Positions 8,743-17,482 are shown, counted from the first letter of the stretch. The stretch is 32,000 bases of DNA from Candidatus Altimarinota bacterium (GCA_041659405.1 JBAZYK010000008.1:1-32000); one strand, 5' to 3'. Translations and numbers: made by a program. Notes: generated from the letters alone by a model not told the origin.

Positions 8743-11415
8743 ATGACCAAAGGGCGCTTCATTGAAGATTTAGTACATGGTATACCCATATATCCTTTCA
8801 GTTCGACACCTGATGGTAGAATTGTTGGAGAGCTTCATCGTGGACGGATTGAGGCAAGAGATTTTCAAAGAGAAAGTTTAGCTGTTCAGGCAAATGCTTT
8901 GCGGGAAATAGCAAAACTACACGGAAACCAAACACAAATCAGCCCATCAGAATTCAGGGGCGAACAAACACGGGACGTGCTTATGGGGATGACAGGACAA
9001 TTGTATGATCTCCATAGCGCACAAAAGGATACAGTTAGACAACTAGAGGGCTTAAATCAGACCACCGCTCAAGGTTTTGGTGTCTTGCATGGTGATATGG
9101 GCGCGCTAAAAGGCCCTGATAACGGAACAAGTTCATTAGCTGACTTGATCAGAAAGGATTTTGGTTTATCAGAAGCATTGAGTGCTTATTTTAAAGGTGT
9201 CCTAAATAAGCAAGGAGAAGGGGAGATATTTTGGCTCCTTTACCATAAAGTGAGCATTCAAAAAGAAACAGAAGATGGAATTAGAAAAAAAATAGAAGAA
9301 GGTCTTGCCGATAGAGGGCGATCTCTTAATGAATTTCCAGAAATTAAAGACGCATTACGTTTATTAGACCACTACGATGTCAGGTATGACCTTGTCGGTA
9401 CTCAGAAAAAAACAAAAATTCTCGCTTTCTTAGCGAGCGAGTTCCAAATTGCCGATTTAAGAGTCTTTGTTAGACAAATGGAAGAGTTATTTACTCTTTT
9501 TGAACAAGCCAAAGCTCAGCCCATTAGAGAAGAAACTCTTTTAAGTTTAGCCAAAAATAATTATTTAACAGAGCCGATGCGTAATAGAGTTATGGAACTC
9601 TATCCCGAAGCGAGAAAAGACGCATCACTTACTACAATAAACTATAGTTTACTGGATTTACTTCGCGCAAACGTGGATGCCACAAGGCAAAGGACATTTC
9701 AAATTGCTGAAGGACTTGCAGTAATTGATCAGAATGAGGAGGCTTTAGCCCAAAACAGGCAAATGCTTGAGCAGGGTGAAAGTGCAAATGAAAAAAGTGA
9801 CATGATGATAAAGCAGGGTGACCACGCAATTAGGCAAAGACAAGTAATCACCGCGCAGGGCGCATATGGACTTGCACAAAACGCGCGTGCTATTGAGCAG
9901 AGGCAGGTAATCACAGCACAAGGCACAGTCGCAATTGCACAGGGCGCTCGCGCAATTGGACAGCGCGCTCGCGCAATTGGACAGCGCAATTTAACAAATT
10001 ACCGGCTTGGATCAATTTTAGACACAATGATAGACGTAAATGACAGTATAATAGATTTAACAGCTGTTGTTGAGGGTTTTTCCGACATGGTAAATGACGG
10101 TTTATCGCAAATTGACCAAACATTGAGTAATGGGTTTCAAGCAGTTGACCAAACATTGAGTAATGGGTTTCAAAGAGTTGATCAAACATTGAGTAATGGG
10201 TTTCAAGCAGTTGATCAAACATTGAGTAATGGGTTTCAAACCGTTGACTCTGGGCTTAAAAATATCGTAACGGAAATGGTGATAACTCGTGCCGCTGTAA
10301 TCGCCGATCTTGAAAGAATCGAGCGAGGAATTGGCACTGCTGCACAACAAGTAACAGAAGCTATAAATCGCGGCAATATAGCACTTGAAACCTTGGTACA
10401 TCTGAATAAAACCAGCCACAATGTTGAAGCTGGACAATATTTTGATGATGCCAAAGAATGTTTATTTACGGCTAAAACAAGGAATGACGTAAAAGATGCA
10501 TACGAAGGATTTTGTAAAAGTGCAGAAATCGTAAAATCAAGTGCTGAATATCAGTATGGTGCAGGTTATACATCTGAGCTTTTAGGAATGTTAGATGAGG
10601 CAAGCAGCCGCTATGAAAAGGTCACCACACGCGCTAAAGATGAGCAAAAAGACTTGGCTTCTAATGCTTTTGTCGGCATTGCCCGAATTCAACACCGACA
10701 AGGTGACACCGAAAACGCACTTGAAAACACAGGAAAGGCAATCGAATCAAATAAGAATAATGAAACTGCCCAATTTGATCAGTGCAAATACCTTTTATTG
10801 CTAGGTTTTGTTGATGAAGCTCTGAAAAATCTGGAAGAGATGATCAAGGCCAAGCCTTTATACTTTGCAAAAATGAGGGCCGAGCCAGCTTTTAAGCTGA
10901 TTCCTGTTGAAAAATTAAGAGAATTTTGGAAAGTTTTATTAGATGCAGATGCCATAAAATCACCCAAAAGTTTAGTCCTACTTTTAGAAGATATGATCGA
11001 AACCGAAAGTCTTGATTTGGCGAATACTGTGTTTTTTAGATTATTGGAAACAAATCCTAAAGCTTTACTTGATCGGAAAATTTGGTTACATCCGGGATTT
11101 AACAATCTGCTAAATAATGAAATAATTGCTGAAATAACTGTTTTTATAGAAACAAAAATGAATTTATTAGTTGAGGAAGATTGTTACATTATTTGCTCAC
11201 TTTTAAATTATTGTGGAACAACCGAAGTATCATTGCTTAAAGCATTTAAAATAGGATTGGAACAGGATCCTCTTTTTTATTCAGATTATCAGCCGGAAGC
11301 AAAGCGAAAATTAAAGGCAAAATTAATAAAATGCATGGGTAACCAGACAGAATCAATCCTGCGGAAATTAAAGAAAGAATGCGGAACTGATACTAAGTTT
11401 GACTGGGTATTTTAA
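8743..11415 (+). CDS. Large repeat-containing protein with possible TPR-like C-terminal region (track ORF begins at 8686; ATG at 8743, MTKGRFIEDL, is an alternative start)
   Basis: 909-aa ORF. Internal tandem 11-aa repeat (VDQTLSNGFQA) and 7/14-aa AQGARAIGQR-type repeats. Helical C-terminus with 'TENALENTGKAIESNKNNETAQFDQCKYLLLLGFVDEALKNLEEMIKAKP' resembling TPR units. Confidence 0.75.
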   Translation: MTKGRFIEDLVHGIPIYPFSSTPDGRIVGELHRGRIEARDFQRESLAVQANALREIAKLHGNQTQISPSEFRGEQTRDVLMGMTGQLYDLHSAQKDTVRQLEGLNQTTAQGFGVLHGDMGALKGPDNGTSSLADLIRKDFGLSEALSAYFKGVLNKQGEGEIFWLLYHKVSIQKETEDGIRKKIEEGLADRGRSLNEFPEIKDALRLLDHYDVRYDLVGTQKKTKILAFLASEFQIADLRVFVRQMEELFTLFEQAKAQPIREETLLSLAKNNYLTEPMRNRVMELYPEARKDASLTTINYSLLDLLRANVDATRQRTFQIAEGLAVIDQNEEALAQNRQMLEQGESANEKSDMMIKQGDHAIRQRQVITAQGAYGLAQNARAIEQRQVITAQGTVAIAQGARAIGQRARAIGQRNLTNYRLGSILDTMIDVNDSIIDLTAVVEGFSDMVNDGLSQIDQTLSNGFQAVDQTLSNGFQRVDQTLSNGFQAVDQTLSNGFQTVDSGLKNIVTEMVITRAAVIADLERIERGIGTAAQQVTEAINRGNIALETLVHLNKTSHNVEAGQYFDDAKECLFTAKTRNDVKDAYEGFCKSAEIVKSSAEYQYGAGYTSELLGMLDEASSRYEKVTTRAKDEQKDLASNAFVGIARIQHRQGDTENALENTGKAIESNKNNETAQFDQCKYLLLLGFVDEALKNLEEMIKAKPLYFAKMRAEPAFKLIPVEKLREFWKVLLDADAIKSPKSLVLLLEDMIETESLDLANTVFFRLLETNPKALLDRKIWLHPGFNNLLNNEIIAEITVFIETKMNLLVEEDCYIICSLLNYCGTTEVSLLKAFKIGLEQDPLFYSDYQPEAKRKLKAKLIKCMGNQTESILRKLKKECGTDTKFDWVF
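9945..9986 (+). repeat. Two contiguous exact 21-bp units (cgctcgcgcaattggacagcg) inside the 909-aa ORF
   Basis: Direct reading; encodes ARAIGQR x2. Confidence 0.95.
10112..10243 (+). repeat. Four contiguous near-identical 33-bp units (ttgaYcaaacattgagtaatgggtttcaaNNNg)
   Basis: Units at 10112-10144, 10145-10177, 10178-10210 and 10211-10243; encode the 11-residue repeat VDQTLSNGFQx. Confidence 0.97.
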
Positions 11416-11424
11416 TTTTATTTT

Positions 11425-12483
11425 ATGAACACTTCTTCAACAGAAAATCCGGAACTGAAAGTTTTTGTTAAAATCAACAGTCAAACGCTGCTGGCAGGCA
11501 ACAAAATGAACCTTAATGTTGATGCATTAGTTATGAGAGGTAACAGCACCGTCAGCCACAAACCTGTAATTTTTGAAGTTGCTGGTAATCAAAAACAAGT
11601 AACAACACCTGAAAATGGGCTAATTGAAAACAGGGGTCTTGTTTTTGATTATGTTGAAGGTGTTAGAACAAAGCTAAAAGCTTGGGCTAAGGGATCAGAG
11701 ACTCAGGTGAGTGAATATGATGTAACTCTGGAAAGTTATGGAAGTACGTTGTTAGATAGTGCAGCAAAAACTGTAAGAGCGGAAATAAGTGAAGAGTTTA
11801 AACAAAGAGAAGAAAAGTTAAGCGAGGAGTTTAAACAAAGAGAAGAAGAACTGATAAGGGACTTAGAAAGTAAAAATAAACAATTGGTTCAAAAACCCGA
11901 AGAAGAATTGTCCCGGGCAAATGCTGAATTTCTTGCTTCCCCTAATCGAAAAGCAGAATATGCGGCTCGTAAAGCTATGTTAAAAAATAAAGAACAAGCT
12001 ACCGGTATGCCAACTTTTGAAGAATGTATAGAAGCAATGAAGAAAAAAGGTAATAAAGTGCTTAATGCCTTGAGAGCAAAAACACAAGACCCAAGACTTA
12101 CCATAGCTGTTATAGTTGGAAAAGATGGTAAAGTTAAGAGTTTTAGACCGGGTTTTATAGAAGCAAAAGCGGATCCTGATTTTTTAAGAGATAAAGCCAA
12201 TCCTAAAAATTATGTAGGAAAACATTACGATAAAGTTTATGCTGACCTAAGCCCGCACGGGTTACGTGAGCCGGATTTTGATGAATATTGTGCAATTGAT
12301 CAATTTGGTCACGGTTATACTATGCTTGATATGGAAAATAGGGTGGATAAAGTCGCATCGGTGCCGCTCGCGGATGAGTTTACTGGTAATCCCTATCAGT
12401 ACTGGAATCTTCCTGGTGATCAGAATGAGTACCTTGTTTCGCGTCCTTCGGTCTGGGGAGATGATCTGCCACCCAAAAACTAG
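11425..12483 (+). CDS. Hypothetical 352-aa protein, paralogue A (possible Ig-like N-terminus, coiled coil, conserved C-terminal domain)
   Basis: ORF of 352 aa. The C-terminal domain is almost identical to the next ORF. N-terminal 'KVFVKINSQTLLAGNK...VTTPENGLIENRGLVFDY' looks like a beta-sandwich. Confidence 0.8.
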   Translation: MNTSSTENPELKVFVKINSQTLLAGNKMNLNVDALVMRGNSTVSHKPVIFEVAGNQKQVTTPENGLIENRGLVFDYVEGVRTKLKAWAKGSETQVSEYDVTLESYGSTLLDSAAKTVRAEISEEFKQREEKLSEEFKQREEELIRDLESKNKQLVQKPEEELSRANAEFLASPNRKAEYAARKAMLKNKEQATGMPTFEECIEAMKKKGNKVLNALRAKTQDPRLTIAVIVGKDGKVKSFRPGFIEAKADPDFLRDKANPKNYVGKHYDKVYADLSPHGLREPDFDEYCAIDQFGHGYTMLDMENRVDKVASVPLADEFTGNPYQYWNLPGDQNEYLVSRPSVWGDDLPPKN

Positions 12484-12525
12484 TCTTCAAATTTTAGTTT
12501 TATTTAATTTTTTCTTTTTATACAT

Positions 12526-13701
12526 ATGCCTCCAACAGAAAATTCGGAAACAAAAGTTTTCGTTAAAATCAACAGTCAAACGCCGCTAACGGGTAACAAA
12601 ATACACCTTAATGTTGATGCATTAGTTGTGAAGGGGAGTCACACCATCTCACATCAACTTGTGATTTTTGAAATTGGCAGTCACCAAAAACAGGTAACCA
12701 CACTTGAAAATGGGCTAATTGGAAATATTAACCTTGTCTTTGAGTATATTGAGGGTGTTCGAACAAAATTAAAGGCTTGGGTTAAGGGGGCGGAGAATCA
12801 GGTGAGCGAATATGATGTAATTCCACAAAATCACGAGAATGTCTTAAAGGATTCTATTGAGCGACGTTTGCATGGAGAGTTTCAAAGTAAAAAAGAAGCT
12901 TTAATGCGAGGTTTTGATAATAAAGAAACAAGTTATGGCAATACAATCGATGAAATGGCTGAAAAAATAAAAAGATTAGAAGGTAGACTTCAAATCGGCG
13001 AGCCTGAATTAAAACAATTGGTTCAACAACCCGAGGAAGAACTATCACGGGAAAATGCTGAATTTCTAGCTGATCCTAAGCGCAAGGCTGAATATATTGC
13101 ACGTAAAGCTAGGTTGAAAAATAAAGAACAAGCTGCCGGTATGCCTACTTTTGAAGAATGCATAGAAGCAATGAAGAAAAAAGGTAATAAAGTGCTTAAT
13201 ACCTTGAGAGCAAAAACACAAGACCCAAGACTTACCATAGCTGTTATAGTTGGAAAAGATGGTAAAGTTAAGAGTTTTAGACCGGGTTTGATAGAAGCAT
13301 ATCCGTCTCCTCATTTTTTAAGAGATAGAGCTAATACGGAAAATAATGCAGGAAAACATTACGATAAAGTTTATGCTGACCTAAGCCCGCACGGGTTGCG
13401 TGAACCGGATTTTGATGAATATCGTGCAGTTTTTGAAACGGTGCAGGCGATGGGCGATGGGCTTATCGATACCAAATATATGTATACAATGCTTGATATG
13501 GGAGAGCGAAAGGATAAAGGCGTAGCGGTGCCGCTTGCTGCTGAGGCCTTTGGTGGGCCTGGTATACTTTTGTTATATCCTCCTCATGTGGGGGCATCCC
13601 TTGTTTCGCGTCCCTCCACCTGGGGGGACGATATGCTGCACGCAACCGGAGGTGAGTGTGCGCCAATGAATCCGTGGAGTGAGGGGCTCGTGCGCAGATG
13701 A
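12526..13701 (+). CDS. Hypothetical 391-aa protein, paralogue B of the preceding gene with a diverged C-terminal extension
   Basis: Shares the N-terminal motif and a near-identical 'EECIEAMKKKGNKVLNxLRAKTQDPRLTIAVIVGKDGKVKSFRPG' segment. Confidence 0.8.
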   Translation: MPPTENSETKVFVKINSQTPLTGNKIHLNVDALVVKGSHTISHQLVIFEIGSHQKQVTTLENGLIGNINLVFEYIEGVRTKLKAWVKGAENQVSEYDVIPQNHENVLKDSIERRLHGEFQSKKEALMRGFDNKETSYGNTIDEMAEKIKRLEGRLQIGEPELKQLVQQPEEELSRENAEFLADPKRKAEYIARKARLKNKEQAAGMPTFEECIEAMKKKGNKVLNTLRAKTQDPRLTIAVIVGKDGKVKSFRPGLIEAYPSPHFLRDRANTENNAGKHYDKVYADLSPHGLREPDFDEYRAVFETVQAMGDGLIDTKYMYTMLDMGERKDKGVAVPLAAEAFGGPGILLLYPPHVGASLVSRPSTWGDDMLHATGGECAPMNPWSEGLVRR

Positions 13702-13708
13702 AAGCGCG

Positions 13709-13728
13709 GGGTGAGTGTATACTCACCC
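13709..13728. promoter_or_regulatory. Perfect 8-bp hairpin GGGTGAGT-GTAT-ACTCACCC just downstream of paralogue B
   Basis: Inverted repeat read directly. No U-tract on either side, so not an obvious intrinsic terminator. Confidence 0.6.
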
Positions 13729-13780
13729 ATAAAACATTCCACATTTTCGTCATCAGAATTTACAGATTTGATGTGGATTT

Positions 13781-14947
13781 TTGGGCATGTTAGAGGGAAA
13801 ATTTGAATACAAACTCACATGGAATTCCATGGATTTTATTCAAGATTTAACCAAAGAAAATATGCAAACAAATATTCAAAAAATAACGGTTCAGGAAAAA
13901 ATTCTGCATGAAAAATTTGTAACGTTTGGTAGGAACGCCAAGGAATGGATTTGGAAGTGCTCTTTGCTGCTTCCGGAGATCGAAAAACAGGAAATTTGGA
14001 AGAAAAAAGGTTTCGGGGACATTTACGAATATGCGGCAAAGTTGGCGGGGATGAGCCATCCTGCGGTCGATGATGCTTTGTGGGTTTTGAAAAAAATTGA
14101 AGACAAGCCGGCTTTGCTGAAAGTTGTGGAAACAAAAGGAATTAATGCTGTGCGGCCGGTGGTCACGATTGCAACCCGAGAGAATATGGATTTTTGGGCT
14201 GAAAAAGCTATGCAAATGAGTCATCATACTTTACAAACTTACGTTCGGGAACTTAGAAAAGAAATGCCATTTACGCACGAAGCGCTTATTTCTACTGCGG
14301 GCGGGGCGGGCTTCGCACATGATAATTTTGAAAATTCAGAATTAATCAATTCTACCAAAAATCAAATTGGCTTATTTGAACCAAAAAATGACGATTTTCG
14401 TCGGGACGTTCCGAAATTCAACACCAAAACAGAAAATGGACAAATTGTCACTTTGCCATTGGGGGAGCCAAAAAAACTTGTGGCCATGCAGCTCGATCCG
14501 GAAATTCTGGAGCAACTGGAAAAATTAAAAGGTGAAAATGGCGATTGGAATGATCTGATGAAACAACTTTTGCAGATGCGGGAAGAACATCTTGAAGAGC
14601 AAAAACCGGAACCGATGAAGACCGATTCGCGGCATATTCCGGCCAAAATCGACCGATATGTTACTTCAAGAACAAATGGCCAGTGTGCATTTCCGGGCTG
14701 CAATAAAAAAATCAACATCAAGCATCACACGCAAAGATTCGCACTCGAAAAAACTCATGATTCTGACCGGCTTTATGGCTTATGTAAAGCACACGAACGG
14801 ATTGCACATTTGGGGTTAATCGAGAATGAAGATTTGTCGCCGAAGTTATGGAAAGTCCGAAAATCGGCTGATATAACCAGTGAAATAGGCAAAGCAAAAT
14901 TCGCAATTGATCAAATCGTGCAAAAGTTTAGGACTTCGCCTGCATGA
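13781..14947 (+). CDS. HNH-nuclease-domain-like protein (C-terminal zinc/HNH-type motif)
   Basis: 388-aa ORF; C-terminus 'TSRTNGQCAFPGCNKKINIKHHTQRFALEKTHDSDRLYGLCKAHERIAHLG' shows the CxxxxC...HH...LCxxH pattern of HNH domains. Confidence 0.75.
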   Translation: MGMLEGKFEYKLTWNSMDFIQDLTKENMQTNIQKITVQEKILHEKFVTFGRNAKEWIWKCSLLLPEIEKQEIWKKKGFGDIYEYAAKLAGMSHPAVDDALWVLKKIEDKPALLKVVETKGINAVRPVVTIATRENMDFWAEKAMQMSHHTLQTYVRELRKEMPFTHEALISTAGGAGFAHDNFENSELINSTKNQIGLFEPKNDDFRRDVPKFNTKTENGQIVTLPLGEPKKLVAMQLDPEILEQLEKLKGENGDWNDLMKQLLQMREEHLEEQKPEPMKTDSRHIPAKIDRYVTSRTNGQCAFPGCNKKINIKHHTQRFALEKTHDSDRLYGLCKAHERIAHLGLIENEDLSPKLWKVRKSADITSEIGKAKFAIDQIVQKFRTSPA

Positions 14948-15059
14948 TGAGAAAGTTGCGCGTGATCAAAAGTGCGAAAAATTAGATGTAATAATTAGAA
15001 CTGTTGAAAAAATTTGGAAGACAATGTAGGATGCACAAGCGTTTCAAAAAAAATAGGCA

Positions 15060-15124
15060 CCAGAGTCCAACGCCCTAAATCCAACGTCCAGGCATGGGCC
15101 AGAGTCCAACGCCCATAAATCCAA
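15060..15124. repeat. Two direct copies of ccagagtccaacgccc(a)taaatcca in the intergenic region
   Basis: 16-bp exact core at 15060-15075 and 15099-15114, each followed by (a)taaatccaa. Confidence 0.85.
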
Positions 15125-15163
15125 AATCATATTTCCTCAATTCTACATCCTAAATCCAAAACC

Positions 15164-16438
15164 ATGAACGTCACTCTCAAAAATCTTCCAAAATCGCAGA
15201 TTCAGCTTACGATTGAAGTTGCGGCGGAAAAAATGGAAAAATACCGTGCGCAAGCCGTAAAGCAGATCTCTCAAAATGTTAAAGTTCCGGGTTTTAGAGC
15301 GGGGCATGTTCCTTTTGATATGCTCAAGGAAAAAGTTGGCCAAGACGTTATTGATGATTACACGATTGAAATCGCGCTTCCGGAAAGCTATACCGAAGCC
15401 GTTATGAAGGAAAAAGTTCAGGCAGTTTCTCGTCCTAAAATCAATATTCTGGAAAAGAATCCGCTTAAATATGAGGCAACTGTAGCCATTTATCCGGAGG
15501 TTAAAGTTTCCGGTTATGAAAACATTAAAATCGCCAAAGAAGAGCCAAAAGTGGAAGAAAAAGAAATTGATGACATTCTTGCCAATGTGCAAAAACGTCA
15601 CGCAACCTACAAAACAGTTGATCGTGCTGCGCAAAAAGGCGACCGCGTGGAAATTGATTTTGAAGGTTTTGATGATGGCGGCGCGTTGCTTGAAAACACC
15701 AAAAGCTCTAATCATCCGCTGGTAATAGGAGAGGGAAGTCTTGTTCCCGGTTTTGAGGATGAGCTTGTGGGTTTAAAGGCCGGCGAAAAGAAATCATTCA
15801 AGGTGACATTCCCAAAGGATTACTTCCACAAGCCATTTCAGGGCAAAGCGGTTGAATTTAAAGTAGACATGAAGAAGGTTGACGAGGTCACGATGCCGGA
15901 ATTGACTCCTGAATTCCTTAAAACCGTTCTTGGTGAAGATAAGACCCTTGAAGAAATCAAGAAAATCACCCGTGAAAATCTTGAGCACGATAAAAAGCAT
16001 CAGGAAGGCGTTCGTCGTGAAAATCTATTTTTAGAAAAGCTGGTCGATTGTACCAAAGTTGAAATCCCGGAAGCGCTTGAGGAAGAGGAAATCGACGGCA
16101 TGATCGACGAATTCAAAAATGAACTCAGTGAACGTGGTATTCCTTTTGATAAATATCTTGAACAAACCAAAAAGGAAATTAAAGAAATTCGTGACGATCG
16201 CCGCAAAGAGGCAGTTAAGCGCTTAACTCTGCGCTTTGGCTTGCAGCAAATTTTTGAACAGGAAAAGATTGAAGTTACTCCGGAAGATCTCCAAAAAGAA
16301 ATCGATCACGTTGTGGGTTTATATCCGCAGGGCGAACAGGCCAAAGTCCGCAAAGAGTACACAGAAGGCACTTATATGATGCGCCGTCTGGAAAATAAGA
16401 TGCGCATGGACAAACTGTTTGAAAGATTTCTGGGCTAA
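15164..16438 (+). CDS. tig: Trigger factor (peptidyl-prolyl isomerase chaperone)
   Basis: 424 aa; N-terminal ribosome-binding region 'FRAGHVPFDMLKEKVGQDV' and FKBP-like 'KGDRVEIDFEGFDDGGALLENTKSSNHPLVIGEGSLVPGFEDELVGLKAGEKKSFKVTFP'. Confidence 0.95.
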   Translation: MNVTLKNLPKSQIQLTIEVAAEKMEKYRAQAVKQISQNVKVPGFRAGHVPFDMLKEKVGQDVIDDYTIEIALPESYTEAVMKEKVQAVSRPKINILEKNPLKYEATVAIYPEVKVSGYENIKIAKEEPKVEEKEIDDILANVQKRHATYKTVDRAAQKGDRVEIDFEGFDDGGALLENTKSSNHPLVIGEGSLVPGFEDELVGLKAGEKKSFKVTFPKDYFHKPFQGKAVEFKVDMKKVDEVTMPELTPEFLKTVLGEDKTLEEIKKITRENLEHDKKHQEGVRRENLFLEKLVDCTKVEIPEALEEEEIDGMIDEFKNELSERGIPFDKYLEQTKKEIKEIRDDRRKEAVKRLTLRFGLQQIFEQEKIEVTPEDLQKEIDHVVGLYPQGEQAKVRKEYTEGTYMMRRLENKMRMDKLFERFLG

Positions 16439-16532
16439 TGGTAAAATCACAGGCGTTAACTCGCATTCACGCACAAAGTGTCTTTCTGCCGTGAATAAAG
16501 CGAGCTCGCATGAGTTTCTTACAAAACGCTAT

Positions 16533-16796
16533 ATGAATATGAAAGGATTTTTCGCCACAGGATCAATAATTTTCAGTGTTCTGATTCTGATTTTGGCTTT
16601 TGAAAGCATTGGTGGGGCAAAATTCCAGTATTTTCTTTTCTATTTCATTTGGCTTGATCCATCATTTAACCCATTTTTTCTGGTGCTTGGAATTGCAGCA
16701 ATTGGAGTAATTGCCGGGATCTTTTTTACGGGACTAATAATGTCATCATTGAAAAATAAAGACGACGAAGAAGCCCCGGGCGGAGAGAACTTCTAG
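16533..16796 (+). CDS. Small two-helix membrane protein (track ORF begins at 16419; start more likely MNMKGFFATG at 16533)
   Basis: Two hydrophobic segments, 'TGSIIFSVLILILAFE' and 'FFLVLGIAAIGVIAGIFFTGLIMSSL', followed by an acidic tail. Confidence 0.6.
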   Translation: MNMKGFFATGSIIFSVLILILAFESIGGAKFQYFLFYFIWLDPSFNPFFLVLGIAAIGVIAGIFFTGLIMSSLKNKDDEEAPGGENF

Positions 16797-16883
16797 CACT
16801 TTCTCTTGCAATGTGAATCAAAAACTTATACATTTGGGCCGAGCTGAATAAAATATGTATTCAGACGTTGCTTAGTTTCCCCA

Positions 16884-17444
16884 ATGCTCAAAAGGCTTTT
16901 TACCTCCAGCACACGCATAAAACTCCTTACACTCTTCCTGTTAAATCCGGACCAGGAATTTTTTATTCGTGAGTTAACCCGCAAACTTAACGAGCAGATT
17001 AACTCGATCCGTCGCGAGCTGGATAACCTCAAGAAAATTGGCTTACTTAAGAGCAAAGAGCGTAATCGTAAAAAGTATTATATTGTGAACAAAAATTTTA
17101 TTATTTTTCATGAGCTCAAAAATATCATCATGAAAGCCATGAGCGACAAGGAAAATCTGGTTAAAAAAATGCTCCAGTTTGGCGATATTGATGTGATTGT
17201 TTTAGCCGGCCAGTTTGTAGATAAAGAGGCTCCGGTCGATCTTTTGGTTGTTGGCACCGTAAATCGTGAAAGTCTGGAAAATTACCTCCATGATGAAATG
17301 CAGACCAATCACCCTGTGAAATTCAGCTTGATGAGCCGCGATGACTACATGTATCGCCGCAAGTGTAAGGACAAATTCCTCCATGACATTGTCGACGATC
17401 AGGACAATATGGTGGCCTTAAATCGTTTGGAGAAAAGTGAATAA
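16884..17444 (+). CDS. Winged-helix transcriptional regulator-like protein with C-terminal nucleotidyltransferase-like segment
   Basis: 'SSTRIKLLTLFLLNPDQEFFIRELTRKLNEQINSIRRELDNLKKIGLLKSKERNRKKYYIVN' is a typical wHTH. Downstream 'IDVIVLAGQFVDKEAPVDLLVVG' is reminiscent of a degenerate NTase-like fold. Confidence 0.75.
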   Translation: MLKRLFTSSTRIKLLTLFLLNPDQEFFIRELTRKLNEQINSIRRELDNLKKIGLLKSKERNRKKYYIVNKNFIIFHELKNIIMKAMSDKENLVKKMLQFGDIDVIVLAGQFVDKEAPVDLLVVGTVNRESLENYLHDEMQTNHPVKFSLMSRDDYMYRRKCKDKFLHDIVDDQDNMVALNRLEKSE

Positions 17445-17453
17445 AATTTTGAC

Positions 17454-17482
17454 TTGCATTTTTCAAGTCAGATCCGTAGACT
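17454..17482 (+). promoter_or_regulatory. Candidate promoter upstream of rplS (TTGCAT-17 nt-TAGACT), overlapping a GACTTG...CAAGTC hairpin
   Basis: Spacing and hexamers read directly; weak consensus match. Confidence 0.35.

Noticed and set aside
10112-10243. Possible CRISPR array because of 33-bp regularly spaced repeats
   Set aside because: Units are contiguous without spacers and in frame within a coding region; a protein repeat, not CRISPR.
15143-15715. 190-aa minus-strand ORF opposite tig
   Set aside because: Trigger factor on the plus strand is unambiguous; the antisense ORF is Phe/Asn/Arg-rich noise.
16419-16532. N-terminal 38 aa of the 125-aa ORF overlapping the end of tig
   Set aside because: Polar, unrelated to the membrane protein that follows; ATG at 16533 gives a natural N-terminus.
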